From Patellaria atrata CBS 101060 (Eukaryota), in contig MU006096.1 of NCBI GenBank assembly GCA_010093705.1, positions 890,004 to 954,003 of the forward strand: a stretch of 64,000 bases of DNA, in the 5' to 3' direction. Under the pieces are notes generated by a model. The model searched no databases and was not told the DNA's origin. It saw only the letters and a program-made list of their open reading frames with translations. Positions within the stretch are counted from its first letter, which is position 1. Each line of letters opens with the position of its first letter. The position numbers were made by a program, and so were the translations under genes. Shown here piece by piece: positions 27,601 through 40,628 of the stretch.

Positions 27601-29338
27601 CTGGAACATGATCGTCTTGTGTAAATATCGAGTTTTCAACAGTGAAAGCTGCAGATGATTGCGTGGGACTATCTGCCGAGGTCGTTGTTAGATTGGAATC
27701 AACCTCAAGCTCCAGGGGGCTTTGCTTTGGATTTGCAATTGTTATCGAAGCTCCGGTCGCTTGTAAGGATTCATTCTCATCTGGCACCCCGATTGAAGTT
27801 GTCGCAGGACCAGAGGGTGTCACAAAGCTCTGGCGTCCATGGTCGACGGTTTCATGCGGTACAAAGATAGACTCTCTGTCACTCGCGAGGGCACCATCGC
27901 TGGTTTGGATTGAATAAATACTTTCAGCGGTATCTCGGTCATCCTTACAGCAGGTTCCCGTGAATAAGAACCGATTATCCTCGTCGCGATCTGTCTCTTG
28001 GATATTATCAAATAAAGTTCTTGCCTTCCAGCGATGATCTGGCTCCTCTTTGAGCATGTTCTGAATCCACTGATATGGCTTTTCTAGGCCATGGTAACCT
28101 GGGCTTGACCTGACTTTATCATACCAGGAAGAAATCCCGTCAATGTTGCGACAGTAGCATTTCGATCTTCCACCTTCGGTAAGAAAATGCTTCTCCATGC
28201 TTGACGATGTGTTTCCAGCAAGTACAGACCATATTTCGAGAAAGACGCAGCCGAGACTCCAAATATCGGCGCTGGAATTACGACCCCGGTATTGAGCAAT
28301 CTCTGGTGGGCAGTACTGAGGAGTGACACTCGTTGGGCCGGTTGAAGTACTCTGCCCTACCTCAGACCAATCTCGACATATGCCAAAGTCGGTTATCAAA
28401 ACTTTGTTGTCCTTGACGAGTACATTCTATTGTCCAGTTAGACAGTATATATCCGGAAGAGGGACTAAACCCACTTGAGGTTTTATATCTTTATGTCGAA
28501 TTTCCATTTTATGTAAGTAGCTTAACGCAGCAGCCAGACAACCAAAAAATGTTCGCACGAAAGACTGTTTTGCAACAATTAAACTCTCGGACTGCAGGAG
28601 TTCCTTCAAGCTACAATCTGCAACTGGAGACATAATGATTGCAACGTACCTAGAGTTAAAAGTAAGCTTTAGGAAATCAGAGACGGAGCTCGAGTGTTCT
28701 AACTTTGGGTCAGTATAACTACCAATCAACTCAATAATATGATGGTGAGATAACTTCTTGAGTGCACCCAGTTCTCGTTCAAAAGTCTGGAGCATTTCAT
28801 GATCCCTTCGGAAAGTGCGTCCTCTCGGTATCAACTTTCTTGCGTACTCTTTCCAGCTGATAGTGCTCATTACCATATCGACATAACCAGAAGCTCCCTT
28901 TCCCAATTCCGCACATTTTCTTAGAGGGACCTGGTTCGGATCTTTAAAATGCCTGTGTCGATCTCTTCTCTCCACGTCCAGGGCCTTGCTGAGAACTAGA
29001 CTTTGCGCATCGATGAAATCACAATCGCCCGATTGACTCAAGACGTCCGGAAGAGTGGTAAAACTGAAGGGGAACGAAACATCCGTAACCCCTTTCTCTA
29101 AGAATTTGTCGATAGCGGCTAACTGATTGATGACGCGCAATACGGTGTAGATTCTGGGAATGCGACTCCATGCTTCCCTTCCATTCCGAGCGAGAATACT
29201 AGAGATATTTCTTAGGTCTTTCTCGCCAAACGGCTTGTACGCTTCTAGTGAGAATGGTCCTCCAGAAGGCGCAAACCAGGCTAATAGAGCTTCGTCGACA
29301 TCTTCAGGTGCCGTAAGCGCTGATCTCGTGGCCTGCAT
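24686..29338 (-). CDS. Ser/Thr protein kinase fused to an Lrg1-like LIM-domain region (no RhoGAP domain), ~7 exons
   Basis: Kinase motifs GKGASG, YARK, HKDIKPQ/N, DFG, TPQYCPPE and DIWSLGCVF. A phase-0 intron (GTAAGT...CTAAC...CAG, ~27163-27111) joins to the LIM motifs CSSC...HLNCFAC/DC...LCEIDYFRRLDLLCHDC...HPEHFRC...CFLHY...CPGC...WHPECY and a later CSRC...HSECLSC module. Confidence 0.8.
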
Positions 29339-30261
29339 TCTATAGTGTTAAGGAGGCATAGGCGTGTGCTTAGTCTATCAAAACTCGACAAGAGATCGTT
29401 CTGATGACCATTTCACATCTTTCTATCGCCATTACCGTCCTCGTCATAGCGATGATAAACGAAGACAAATCATGGCAAGCTGAAGTTGAAGAGTGCAAGG
29501 CTCGAGGCATTGGGATTCTAGATCTGCAGGCTTTAAGCAATCTCGGCCCTACATAGTAAACACATTTTGACTAGCAGACGGCCATTGGTGGAAAGCACCT
29601 GGGAGGTAAGCGGTAACATTCGCTGAGGACCTATTGGTAGTATTAAATATTATCTAAGGGTCAAGCAAATTCTGGTGGTTGTTTCGGGTCGTGGGCGACC
29701 TTTGTCTGGGGGTCAAGACTCGTTGAACCGTGAGCTTCGGGTCAAAACCTAAGCTGGAAGCTCCCATCTGAGACGCCTCCCTCAGCCTCATCGCTTAATC
29801 GATGAATCGTGAGCTTGGTAGTCTAGCGAAGGTCCTCCCAAAACGATTCTTGAAGAGTTGAGTAATATAGAAAGTATGAAGTATGAGGTGGACAGAAGGA
29901 GAAAGTAGACGGAAGATGTGAGATTTGAACTTGGTAATAAGGTAGGGGATAGATGCTTAATAAGGTAAGAACGAGATGGCTCTGTGAAAGAACCTCTGGA
30001 TCAACCCTTTTGCTACTAATCCCTGAGGTGGTCTCTCCAGTACTCCGTACCTTACTGTCGCAAAGTACCTAGGGTACATCCATGATTTCGATCACTCGTC
30101 GGGTGCACTATATTCAGTCATGGTATATAAAAATGAAAGACAAAACCGGAAAAAAACTCACAAAACAACTCCGAATGGCAGGTTTGCCAACATCTCAATG
30201 GTACATTAAACATACCTTCTCAGGAGATTCTAAAGTGTCTATTTAATGAGATGCACATCTA

Positions 30262-32189
30262 TCATACAATAGTTCCAGCCATTCCAGCCAGCACAGCAGC
30301 ACCAATGATACCTCCATCTGTCGCCTCCCTTAGGACGACTCTTTTATTTTCATTTTTAACTGAGCCATGCTTTACTAGGTTGTCTATCCAAGCTTGGCAG
30401 GTCTCTAGGAATTCAGGATACCACTGAATTGTGCTGCCAGTATAAGGGACTACAAGCTCTTCCACACAACCTGTACTTGTACCTGTGGGTCCCTCGCTGT
30501 TGAAAGGAGGTTGAAGGGTTCTATGTTTATCTAGATACGCTCCCTCTGGATTGTCCATTCGGATTTCACCAACGCAGGCCAGGAGACCCACAATAGCTGC
30601 TGCGATTAAGGCACATGACCGAACTTGGACTTTCTGTGCGATGAATCGGAGATCGTCTGCTAATTGATCCGTCCAGTAGGGGCTCTCTGAGTCGGACGGA
30701 GCAGGAAACATCTCATTCAACTTATCTCTAAGGTTTGAGAGCGTCTTATCTGACGGAGCGACTTCGGTTGCTAAAAATGTCGTGGTAACTGCGTTCTTAT
30801 CTAGAAATTGTGGTGGAATATCTCCGGTTGCTTTGACGTTCGATAGATGCTCGACTAGTATTAGCCGTACTATCTCACCTATATAGCGCCCGGCGGTCAT
30901 ATATTCGAACGGTTGAAATCCAGGAGCCTCAGAATTTTTATCTAGTTGTATATCCCAAGTTGTCATTATTCCTAGTTCACGAAGCGGCACATCGGTACCC
31001 CGAATCGACCATTCGGTATTGATGACAACCTTAGCATTATCAGAGTCGGATCCGACTGGTAAATGGAGAGATTTGGCTTTCGAGGAATGAAGGGTAGTCG
31101 GTCTCATAGGTACTGTCGCATTCGTTCCAGTGCCAACTATCAACCCCATCACAGCATGGCTGTTGGGGGAAGCTTTTGTTGTGTATGCTAGGGACGCGAA
31201 GGTAGCGACTGTATCATTTGCAATGGCTGCAATACGCAGTCCTGGAAGTTTAGTGACCCTCCTTTTCTTATTTGAGTGTCCGTCTTTGTCATGAGAAGAA
31301 CTTCCGTTAGTAGCAGTGTCTTCACAATGCCGGGCATATCCTCCAAGCAGCATCTTACCCAAGTTAAGGTCCGAAGTGATCGCAAATCCCTTTCCCATGG
31401 GCATCAAAGTTGCTTCTGACATAGAGGTCTGGCTAGGGTACAGTTAGCGATTGACGAACTCAGATTGTCAACATGACTAAAGTTACTGAATATCCTGAAG
31501 ACAGTAAAAAGAGATGGTAGGAGTACATGTATGAGAGCAGGCTATCCTACGTCATTGGGAAACTGAACGTGATACCAAGAGGTATTTCATCCCCCAGTAC
31601 ATGTTCATCCAGTTCAACCCCTGAGAGGCCAACTATTGCCTCTTCTACAACCTCGGCAATACAATCGCCTATCCAGGTAAATAGATCCTCTGCCTGATCC
31701 ATCTTGAGATGCTACAAGCGAATTAGCATCTACTCGAGATATGCTGTAGAAGTTTGAGAGGGAATGTGCAAAAGCGGCAACGAAGGAGATATAAACAAAG
31801 GCATGGAGAGATGCACGTACATTCTCAATAGGCCATGACTTTTCATGGGATCGCCGTATCTTTGGTAACGGAACAGTATCAATAAGTGCTGCCATTCCAG
31901 AGGGTACGGCTCCATCTTCTCCGAGAAGCTCGACCAAGCCAACCCTAAGGTTGGTGCCCCCTACATCGATAGCTATGAACTTCCCTCTCTCATGGCCAGT
32001 TGGTAGTGTAGTAACGGGAGTTGTAAGGAAATGGTCTGTTGAGGTTTTGGCTAGTCGCGTAAAGGTCTGGACAAACTTGCATGCTAGAACATGCAGGTCC
32101 TTTTCATTAATTCTTCGGCTGAGAGGTTCAAGCAGATGGGTAATATGGTACTGCCCCTCCCATACAATATCACTGGATTTTCCCTCCAT
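30262..32189 (-). CDS. Atypical hexokinase-family protein (HxkC/HxkD-XprF-like), multi-exon
   Basis: LPTGHERGKFIAIDVGGTNLRV, LGITFSFPM, IANDTVAT, GLIVGTGTNA, INTEW, FEYMTAGRYIGE and DGGIIGAA. Subfamily assignment is from recollection only. Confidence 0.88.
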
Positions 32190-32889
32190 GTTTTCAGAAC
32201 TTGGACGAATTGATGTAAAAGCGATATTGGAATTTGGATGAGAGTTTAGCCGCCATACACAAATTTCAAGGAGAATTACAAGTGATTTGCGTTGCAGGAC
32301 GCTTTCCCCGGGGAGCAAGGGTGAGTCAACAAGGTGTTTGGCTAAGCAGAAGGGAAGATTCGTAGTGATGAATATACAGCTAGATAAAGAAAACTGGGGA
32401 TCCAGAAAAGGGGAACAAGTTAGAGATATATATGAAGCGGCAGGGTTGTGTCCTAGAGTAAACTGCTGTGCTAATGTAACGGTAAAGAGGACAACAGGGC
32501 GGAGTGCAGATCACCAAATTCGATGGAGATAGAGGATGAAGAGAAAAGCAGACCTTCTTGGGTTATTTACTCATGTTTCCGCTTGCTTGGAATGTAAGGA
32601 TAATGAGAACGGAAAGGATCAAAATCTGAAATGGATGTATGATAATAAGGTGTTTGGGTATGCTGGGCAAAACTATTTGGCTGGTTCAGTTACCAGTGGG
32701 GGACTTTCAAGGCACAAAGCCGTCCCTTGATGCCCCCAATTCCGCGCCCTATCCCGCCCGCCGTTAGCTGCAACTCCCCCGCATGCATCAAAATCGCGAT
32801 TTGCATCATCCACTCAAGCTCCCGGTCCAACACTCTCCATTCTGGATCTTTGATATTGCTCTTTGACGCTTGTCTATACCACCCCAGCC

Positions 32890-33840
32890 ATGGAACAAGA
32901 TAAAGTTACAGCACCCAGCACCATGGACCCAAAACAACCTCTCGTCCCTCAAACATCGGAGGAGATGGGTTCATCATTTCAATCACGACCGTCGTCAACT
33001 AGCCGTCGTATGCAGAGATTCCACATAGCAGCCATCGTCTTCGTACTTGGCCTATACATTCTTGCGAGGAGATTTCACTGTGATCATCCTGACTCCGATG
33101 AACATGGTGCGACGACCAAAGTACCGTTGGAAGTCCATATAATGTAAAGTCTTTATCATATGTAGAGAGAGTATCATGAATTAACCCAAGTATAGGTCGA
33201 AATGTCCGGATTCCAAGGCTTGTCTAGAGGAACTTGTTGTCCCAACTATGGCGAATGTCTCTGATAAAGTGGATTTTACTCTTTCATACATTGGAACGTA
33301 CGTAAATGACTTCAACCTTGGATTCATGTTGCCACTCCTTTCTTCCGTCCCTGGTTTTTCTACGATATATCTGATCTCTATCATAGACCCACCAATCACG
33401 ATGACGGTGTATCTTGTAAACATGGACAAACTGAATGTCTCGGCAACATCCTCGAACTATGCGCTGCCTCCTTATACCCTTCACCCAAGATATATCTGGG
33501 GTTCACATATTGCTTAACCCGGAAATACAAGTTGATACCGGATCGAGATCTAGTCCACGACTGTGCCCTCGAACACGGTATCAGCTTTGACAAGCTTAAC
33601 GACTGCGCGAGCAAAGACGACGGGAGCTTTGGTATCGACCTGCTGAGAAAGAGTGTGGAGAGAAGTGCACACGCCAACGTTTCCACAAGTTGTACAATCA
33701 GGTTGAACGGAAAAGTGAGATGTGTACACGATGGAGTCTGGAAAGACTGCGATAAAGGTCATAAGGTTACAGACCTAGTTGATGATATTGAAAAGTTATA
33801 TAAGGAGTTAAGACAGACTGGGGAAGACTTCTTTCTTTAG
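32890..33840 (+). CDS. GILT (gamma-interferon-inducible lysosomal thiol reductase) family protein, 3 exons
   Basis: VPLEVHIM/SKCPDS, FTLSYIG, CKHGQTECLGNILELCA, and an N-terminal TM segment. Confidence 0.88.
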
Positions 33841-34569
33841 ATGGCAGTTTTAAGGTTCTTTTTATGATAAGATCAGTACATATAAACAGGCGTTTTGGTT
33901 GACTTTCTGGCGCAGGTTTATACCTACAGGGTATGTACCTGGGATAAAGAGATGGAGTTCAGAGTTGTGGAGTCATAGTCACTATGTGATACTGTACTGT
34001 ACATATTGTTATACTTCATCCCGTATGCATTCCAAATGCGGATACGATATTCAAGATCAACCTATCCAGACATAAAATCCGCAATACCGTCCACCTCAGG
34101 CATGACTCGCTGATGGGAAGCAAATCAACACAAGCTCATGCAGCAGGGAACAGGCGTTCGTGAAATTTTCTGCTTGATGAGCTGTCAGCCCTTCGCAATC
34201 CCAATAAGCTCAACATCACCCACAAGATGGAACGCCCCCTACTTTATACACTCTCTATTCGGCAATCTCAATCTCTCATACTTTCTTGCTACAGCTTACA
34301 GCTAATCCAATCTCTCTTCTGACCTACAATGGAGCTGCGTCTTGAAGCTCTTTAAGCTGCCCCGCATTCGTCCGCAGCTTGTGTTGAGTCGAGAAGTGCT
34401 ACCCCTCCCTCGAAGCCTCAAGATCCAGGACCGTATAAACATATAAAAAAGGTTTATAGGAACAGTGAAGTAAATCACTAAATAGAACCGTATAAACCTC
34501 CTCCCAATCACCGTATCCAACAACAACCTAATCCGGACCTCAGATCAACAGAGCCTATTTACACCCACA

Positions 34570-35454
34570 ATGACAACCATCGACCCCACAACCGACCTCC
34601 CCTACCCTCCCGATGCGATCCACCGCATTCTCTACCTCTGCCCACGCGTCCACGTCTACAACATCCCCCCCCTCTCCTCCAGCAAAGGGTACACCGCCGC
34701 CTCCTGGACCGCCAACAACAACGCCGCCCAGATCTTCACCGCACGGCTCCGACTCCTCGAGACCGCAATCCCCCTGTCCACGTCCTCGCAAACCCCCACG
34801 CAAACCCAAGAGAAGCTCTCAGTAACGCTCCTCCTCGAGGATCCATCCAACGGCTCCCTCTTCGCCGCAAGCCCCTACACCAACCCCGCCGCCGTTCAAC
34901 AGGCTCTCGACTCCTCCCGCTTCTTCGCCATCACCGTCGTCTCCGGCCGCCGAAAAGCTGTCCTCGGCCTCGGCTTCGAAGACCGCGCCGAGGCCTTCGA
35001 CTTCTCCATCGCGCTGCAGGATGCTCGCCGCGTCCTCGGCTTCGACCCCCCGAGCCAAGCACCCGGCAGCGGCCGCGGCAAAGAAGAGAAGAAGGAGGAC
35101 GTGAAGCGGGATTGGAGCTTGAAGGAGGGGGAGACCATTACTGTGAGCCTGGGGGCGAGGGCGGGGAGGAGGAAAACGGGGGAAACGCGGAATGGTGCCG
35201 GGAGTGATGAGAATGCGCTGTTTTCGATAAAGCCTCCTCCGGCGCATGGAGCTGCGGGAGGAGGGGGAGGATTGCCGTTCCTGCCGCCGCCGCCGAGTGC
35301 GAGCGATGTGAAGAAGGATCGAAGGCGGAGTCGGCAGAGCTATGAGGCTTTTGAACCTCCTAGGGAAGAACCGCGGCAACCGCAGCAGTCGTGGCAGACG
35401 CAGAACGCAAAGGACTTAGGGTTCGATGACGGGGAGTTTGGAGAGTTTCAGTAG
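34570..35454 (+). CDS. NECAP-like adaptin ear-binding coat-associated protein (DUF1681/PHear)
   Basis: VHVYNIPP...GYTAASW, FTARLR, DSSRFFA, GLGFEDRAEAFDF, SLKEGETITV and C-terminal FGEFQ. Confidence 0.92.
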   Translation: MTTIDPTTDLPYPPDAIHRILYLCPRVHVYNIPPLSSSKGYTAASWTANNNAAQIFTARLRLLETAIPLSTSSQTPTQTQEKLSVTLLLEDPSNGSLFAASPYTNPAAVQQALDSSRFFAITVVSGRRKAVLGLGFEDRAEAFDFSIALQDARRVLGFDPPSQAPGSGRGKEEKKEDVKRDWSLKEGETITVSLGARAGRRKTGETRNGAGSDENALFSIKPPPAHGAAGGGGGLPFLPPPPSASDVKKDRRRSRQSYEAFEPPREEPRQPQQSWQTQNAKDLGFDDGEFGEFQ

Positions 35455-35530
35455 CGTAGCGAAGAAAAATTAATCCTGAGGGACGGCTTAGCTTTACATA
35501 TTATTATACAGTATCTTGGTACAGGCAGAT

Positions 35531-37615
35531 TTAAACGCTCCAGATGCCTAACATGCCGTCCTTCCTTCCCTCGACTAGGTACCCGTCCTTGATTCTCACT
35601 CTCTCGATTACACTCGAGGGCCCACCTTCGTCCTCGAGCGCGCCGGGACCGCAGTCCCAGTGCCGGCCGTCGGTCTTGTCATAGATCTTGACGACGTCTT
35701 CCCCAGCTGTGGCGGCAATACGACGTGCGTCGAACATCATACTTGTGATTGGGTGATCGTAGGCGAAGGCGTCGTAGATGGAGCCGGTACGGAGGTCCCA
35801 TATCTATATGAAAAGTCAGTCACATATACCGTGCATTATGCGTAGCTGAGCTCACTCTGATACTCCTATCCAAGCTTCCCGTGACCAAATGAACATCGTC
35901 AAATTGCAGAGCCGTGACTGGCCCAGTGTGACCTACGAGACTCCTATGTACTTGGCCACTCCTCAGATCCCACAGCCGGACCATACCATCCGCTGTACCA
36001 CACGCAAGAGCTGCTTCAAAACACTGCAAAGCGCCGACGAAGTCAGCGGTCGCGTCCGGTAGACGACCAGTTTGCCGCCATTGACCCTCTTGTGATCCTA
36101 GAGTAGCAGTGGCCTGAGCAGCAGCCCATAGCACGTCCAAGGTCTGTACGCAGCGACCCTTTTCCAGATCCCACTGCCTCAGCGTTTTATCCGCTGATCC
36201 GGAGACGAGGGTATCTCCCCTAAAATGTAGTGCAGTGATCTCCGCCACGTGAGCTTCTAGAGAGAACATCGGACAGTCTTGCATACTAGTAGGAGGAGGT
36301 GGAGGAGGCATATCATTCGGGTTCTCGAAGCTGAGCCCGTCATCTTCCTCCTCGTCCCCATCTTTGTTGATTCTGTTGGAGTCTTGTGGCGCATATTCAG
36401 CGCGACTTAGATCCCATAGGCGAATAGATGCATCCATTCCTCCAGTTGCAACGATATTGTCTTCTACTTGAAGGCATCGGACAGAAGATAGATGGCCTTC
36501 TAACAAGCCCATGCAGCGGCCTGCGTTTAGATCCCATACTCTTACTGTATCGTCTAATGCTGCGGTAACGGCAGTTCCAAAAGGGATATCGAAGTCTAAT
36601 GCTGTAATCATGTCATTATGTGCCTGTATTTCCTTGATTCTCGATCCCGGTTCTAGGTGCTCATGAAGGATGGGCATTGATATACGCCTGGTCTTCCTCC
36701 GCTTGGCTCCAGGGCGTGGTGACGGGAGTTTCTGATATATAGATTCAGACATGAACTCCGGGCTCCCAGGGTCACTATCCGTGTCTGCGGTTGGCGTTTT
36801 CCGTGCCAGTGCAGCAGTATCCTCCAATTCTTCCTGCAGATCATCCAGCTTACTATCTACGTCGTGTAATTCATGTTCTAGGTCCACCTCTTCTTGCTCC
36901 AGTCCAGCTAGCCTATCCAATACTATCCTCCGCATTGTGTTCAAATTCGATATCTTGTTATCTATTTCCTTTATTTCTGTTGCACACATGTTCTTACGGA
37001 CCTCTAACATCTCCAACCTATGACTTAAGCTATTTTTCTCATTCTTTAAATAAGAGAGTGCAGGTGGAGTATCTGGGTCTTCGCCACCATGCTCCAAGAG
37101 TTTCTGGCCATGAGAACTATGTCTGCCATGCCGCTGCCTCTTTGTTTGTTGATCTTCCGGTAATGTTGCTTGAAATCCTTGGAATAGAGAGTATATATTT
37201 CTATCTTCAGGTATATTGAACAGTAGCTCGTCGGGTAGGTATGTCAACGCTCTATGTTGGATTTCAGAGACTAATACCTTCGACCTTACAAGCTCTCGAG
37301 GTGTTGTCTGAGTGAAGGAAAATACAGAGCGCTGCATGAGAGGACGACGTAGTTCTCGGTGTAAGTCTCCGAGAGCATTATGATAGTGATGCCCGACCCC
37401 CGTATCCCCAATGATATGTCCCGCAGTGGCCGATACCTTTCGACCGAAAGCTTCGATCTGCCGGGTCTGGTAGTGGATTAGCCACCACCCACAACCTGCA
37501 GAGTAAACCTTACATTGATACTACTGATTAGGGACTCATTTTGGTCCTCTGGTGGTGTTACCGGTCGAGCTGATCTACCTCTAGTCGAAGAGGACTCATT
37601 GTCAGAGCTTGCCAT
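35531..37615 (-). CDS. MDV1: Mitochondrial division protein Mdv1/Caf4 (coiled coil + WD40), 3 exons
   Basis: [20 protein letters not shown], a coiled coil, [27 protein letters not shown] and several WD repeats. Confidence 0.93.
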
Positions 37616-38049
37616 AGGCGAAGCTAATCCGGAAAGCAAGGCTGGTTGCTGTAATCAAGGTTATAGAAAATTAGAAGAAGAAATCTGAATCATTGCTGGA
37701 CGGATAGGATGAAATTTGATATTGATATCCTTTTTTCTTTTCGAAGGGAGTCGCGTGTTGAGCTCTTGTGACGAGTGCTCCTTGGCGGGTGGTTGAGGTG
37801 TGGCTTGAACGTTAGCACATGCGTCAAATCAAGCTCCGCTTACCCTCCTCATCGGCTTTACTTCCAGATTTCCTGTTTCGTACGGGCCGATTTCGGCAAC
37901 CACGACATTATCCGCTCCTGTCCGGCACCGATGCAGTCAGCTCTATCCATGCTCTCCGTAAGGTAGTATATAAACAAACTGGTAATCTGTATAAAAACTC
38001 TTTTCGCTTTCAGGGTTATATAGGACGCTTCAAAATTTTCACCTGAACC

Positions 38050-38957
38050 ATGGATTCTGCAATTGACCTCTCTGATGAGTCAAAGGCTCTGGATTTGGAC
38101 AACATCCGCTTCCAGCTCATGTATGCCCTCATTCATATCTTATAAGCCATGCTATGCTCATTGCTTACTTACAGGTAGACGACAGGAGGACACAATTACC
38201 TTTCATCTCATTGAGCGAGTTCAGTTCCCTCTCAATGCCACTATTTACCGTCCAGGGGTTCTTCAAGTCCCTAACAGCGATCTGAGTCTCTTCGATTGGA
38301 TGCTCCGGGAGCAGGAACGTATGCACTCTTTGGTCCGTCGATATCAATCACCAGACGAGTATCCGTTCTTTCCAGATGCTCTGCAAAAGCCGATTCTACA
38401 ACCCCTGAACTACCCAAAGATCCTCCATCCAAACGACGTCAATGTGAACGCTAAATTGAAAGACTCCTATATCAATCACATCCTACCCGCAGCTTGTGCA
38501 AAGTTTGGCCGTGAAGAAAGAGGTGAAGCACAAGAGAACTATGGCTCCTCCGCCACTTGCGATATTCCTTGCATTCAAGCTTTGTCACGGAGAATCCATT
38601 TCGGAAAGTACGTGGCCGAGTCGAAGTTTCGTAAAGAGACGGAGCGGTTCGTAGAGATGATCAAAGCAGAAGATAGGGAAGGAATAGATGCTGCCATTAC
38701 GAATGCAACCATCGAGAAGAAAGTTTTGGAGAGGTTGAGATTGAAGGCTAAAACGTACGGAACCGATCCCGACATGGCATCGCAAGATCCCGGGAAAATT
38801 GATATAGATGCTGTTGTGGCAATGTACAAAGTATGGAGTCCTTCTCTCCGGTAGTTGTATTTTCGCTGATATGTTGTAGGATTATGTTATACCACTAACC
38901 AAAGAGGTCGAAGTAGAGTACCTCATGCAGCGTTTGAAAGGCACTCAGTGGGAATAA
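38050..38957 (+). CDS. ARO7: Chorismate mutase (eukaryotic AroQ), 3 exons
   Basis: [51 protein letters not shown] and /[19 protein letters not shown]. Confidence 0.96.
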
Positions 38958-39447
38958 AGCTCCTGGACATAGAGCTTCTTGTATTCCTTGGAAGTAATTC
39001 CGATGGGGAGCATTACTGTACGTAGCATTTTTGATTTCGATCATGCGCTTTTGTCCTACCTTTCTAATAGTCATTTCTCTCTTCCCTCCAATCTTAGTCT
39101 TGCTGCTAACATTGGCGCAGTCATCATTGTAGAACATCCTTATATTTTCTCAACGTAACAGCCCGAGGTGACATCGGCTGGCAACTGAATCTCTTGTCTA
39201 GCATGATCATATGTATAGATAATCGAAGGCTTAATACGAATTGCGACAATATCGTACAACAACGTTCATTAATCACACTTAGGTACTCATTTGTCTCTGC
39301 GGTCAAAAACCTGGTGCTTAAAGATACATGTTCTTTTTGCTCATAAGGAAATTAAGTATTTATTTTTGTTCTGGACTACTCGCATCTGTAGAGAATATTT
39401 CCATATGCTTTGCTCTGGCCCCGCGGAACCATTGCTTATTGAAAGGG

Positions 39448-40628
39448 TCAAGTTTTTCTATTAGCATAAGGGGCGTATTTGTCGATCAATCTGTTTAAAT
39501 TCTCGTAGCATCTTTCTTCGTCAGTCGGTAAACCATCCATGCAATAGCAAAAGATAACTTACTCTTCTCGAAAATCGGCGCCATAATGACAGGCGGATTC
39601 ATGTAGGGTCATATATATGCTGTACAGGATGCTACGCTCCTCGAACTGCTCAGCAGGCTCACTTTTACCCGTCCTCTTCAGGTAAGAGCCCAAGTAAACC
39701 TGACCAGAGACCACTTTGTTGAATCTGGCACGCCACATGGCAATCTCCATCTCATTATGCGCATAATACGCATTTGCATCAAAGATATAGATGTCGCCAG
39801 TCTCGGCACTTGTGCCGATATTTCCATCCCATAAATCGCCGTGTGTTAAAGTCGGTTTGACGGTGCGACCATCGGACTCCAGCGGTCCGAGAAGCTGAGG
39901 GACGACATGAGTAATAAGACGATCAACCAGTTGCTCGAGGTTCTTCCAATTACCATTTCGCTCTCTATACATTTTCAAGGCTCCTTTCACTAACTGTATG
40001 TAGAAGCCTTGCCATGTGTCGTTCCACTGACATCCTGGGGAAGGTTTCCCTGGCAGGTATTGATGTGAAACCCGAACTTCCCCGTCGCTAGATTGATGGA
40101 GCTCGACGAGTGTCGACGTCGGTTGAATGGGGTCGGGGCCCTCATTCGTCATTTGAATGAAATCGCATAGAAAGAAGTATCGTTCGGGCGTATGTTCGGG
40201 TAATTTTCCGGAGCAATATGGTTTTTGTACAAACGATGGCATCGTTTTGTACAGTTCTGTCATCGAGTGGAATTCACCATCCAACATCATTTTGCCCTGT
40301 TCTCCATCCGCACACTGTTTTGTGTAGTCTGGTTCAAACTCAACGAGTGTGTTGCGCACCTTGAGGAAGTAGAGCTTAGGTGTTACATCGGATAGGGTGG
40401 TCGTGATCTTAGAGGTCACTGTCCATTTGGAAAATCCATACCTTTCGCAAGCGTGAACTGTGGTATTCGGAGGTAGCTCTAGCTAATTGCGAGGTACTTC
40501 TTTTATGAATTCAGTGCAATAAATATACGGTTTCTGATCTCATCGTCTAGGGAACTACTACCAGCAACTAGTTTAGTGTGCTTTTGGCTGTCATCCTCCA
40601 AAAGGAGACCGCTGCCATTTGCCTGGAT
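39448..40628 (-). pseudogene. Fructosamine-3-kinase/protein-ribulosamine 3-kinase family gene, probably decaying
   Basis: YFLK, GEFHSM, PTLTHGDLWDGN and IFDANAYYAHNEME. The family-like segment TGKFGFHINTCQGNLPQDV lies in a shifted frame at 40027-40086. No in-frame ATG upstream of exon 1 (AAAACC-ATC at 40628). Confidence 0.7.
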
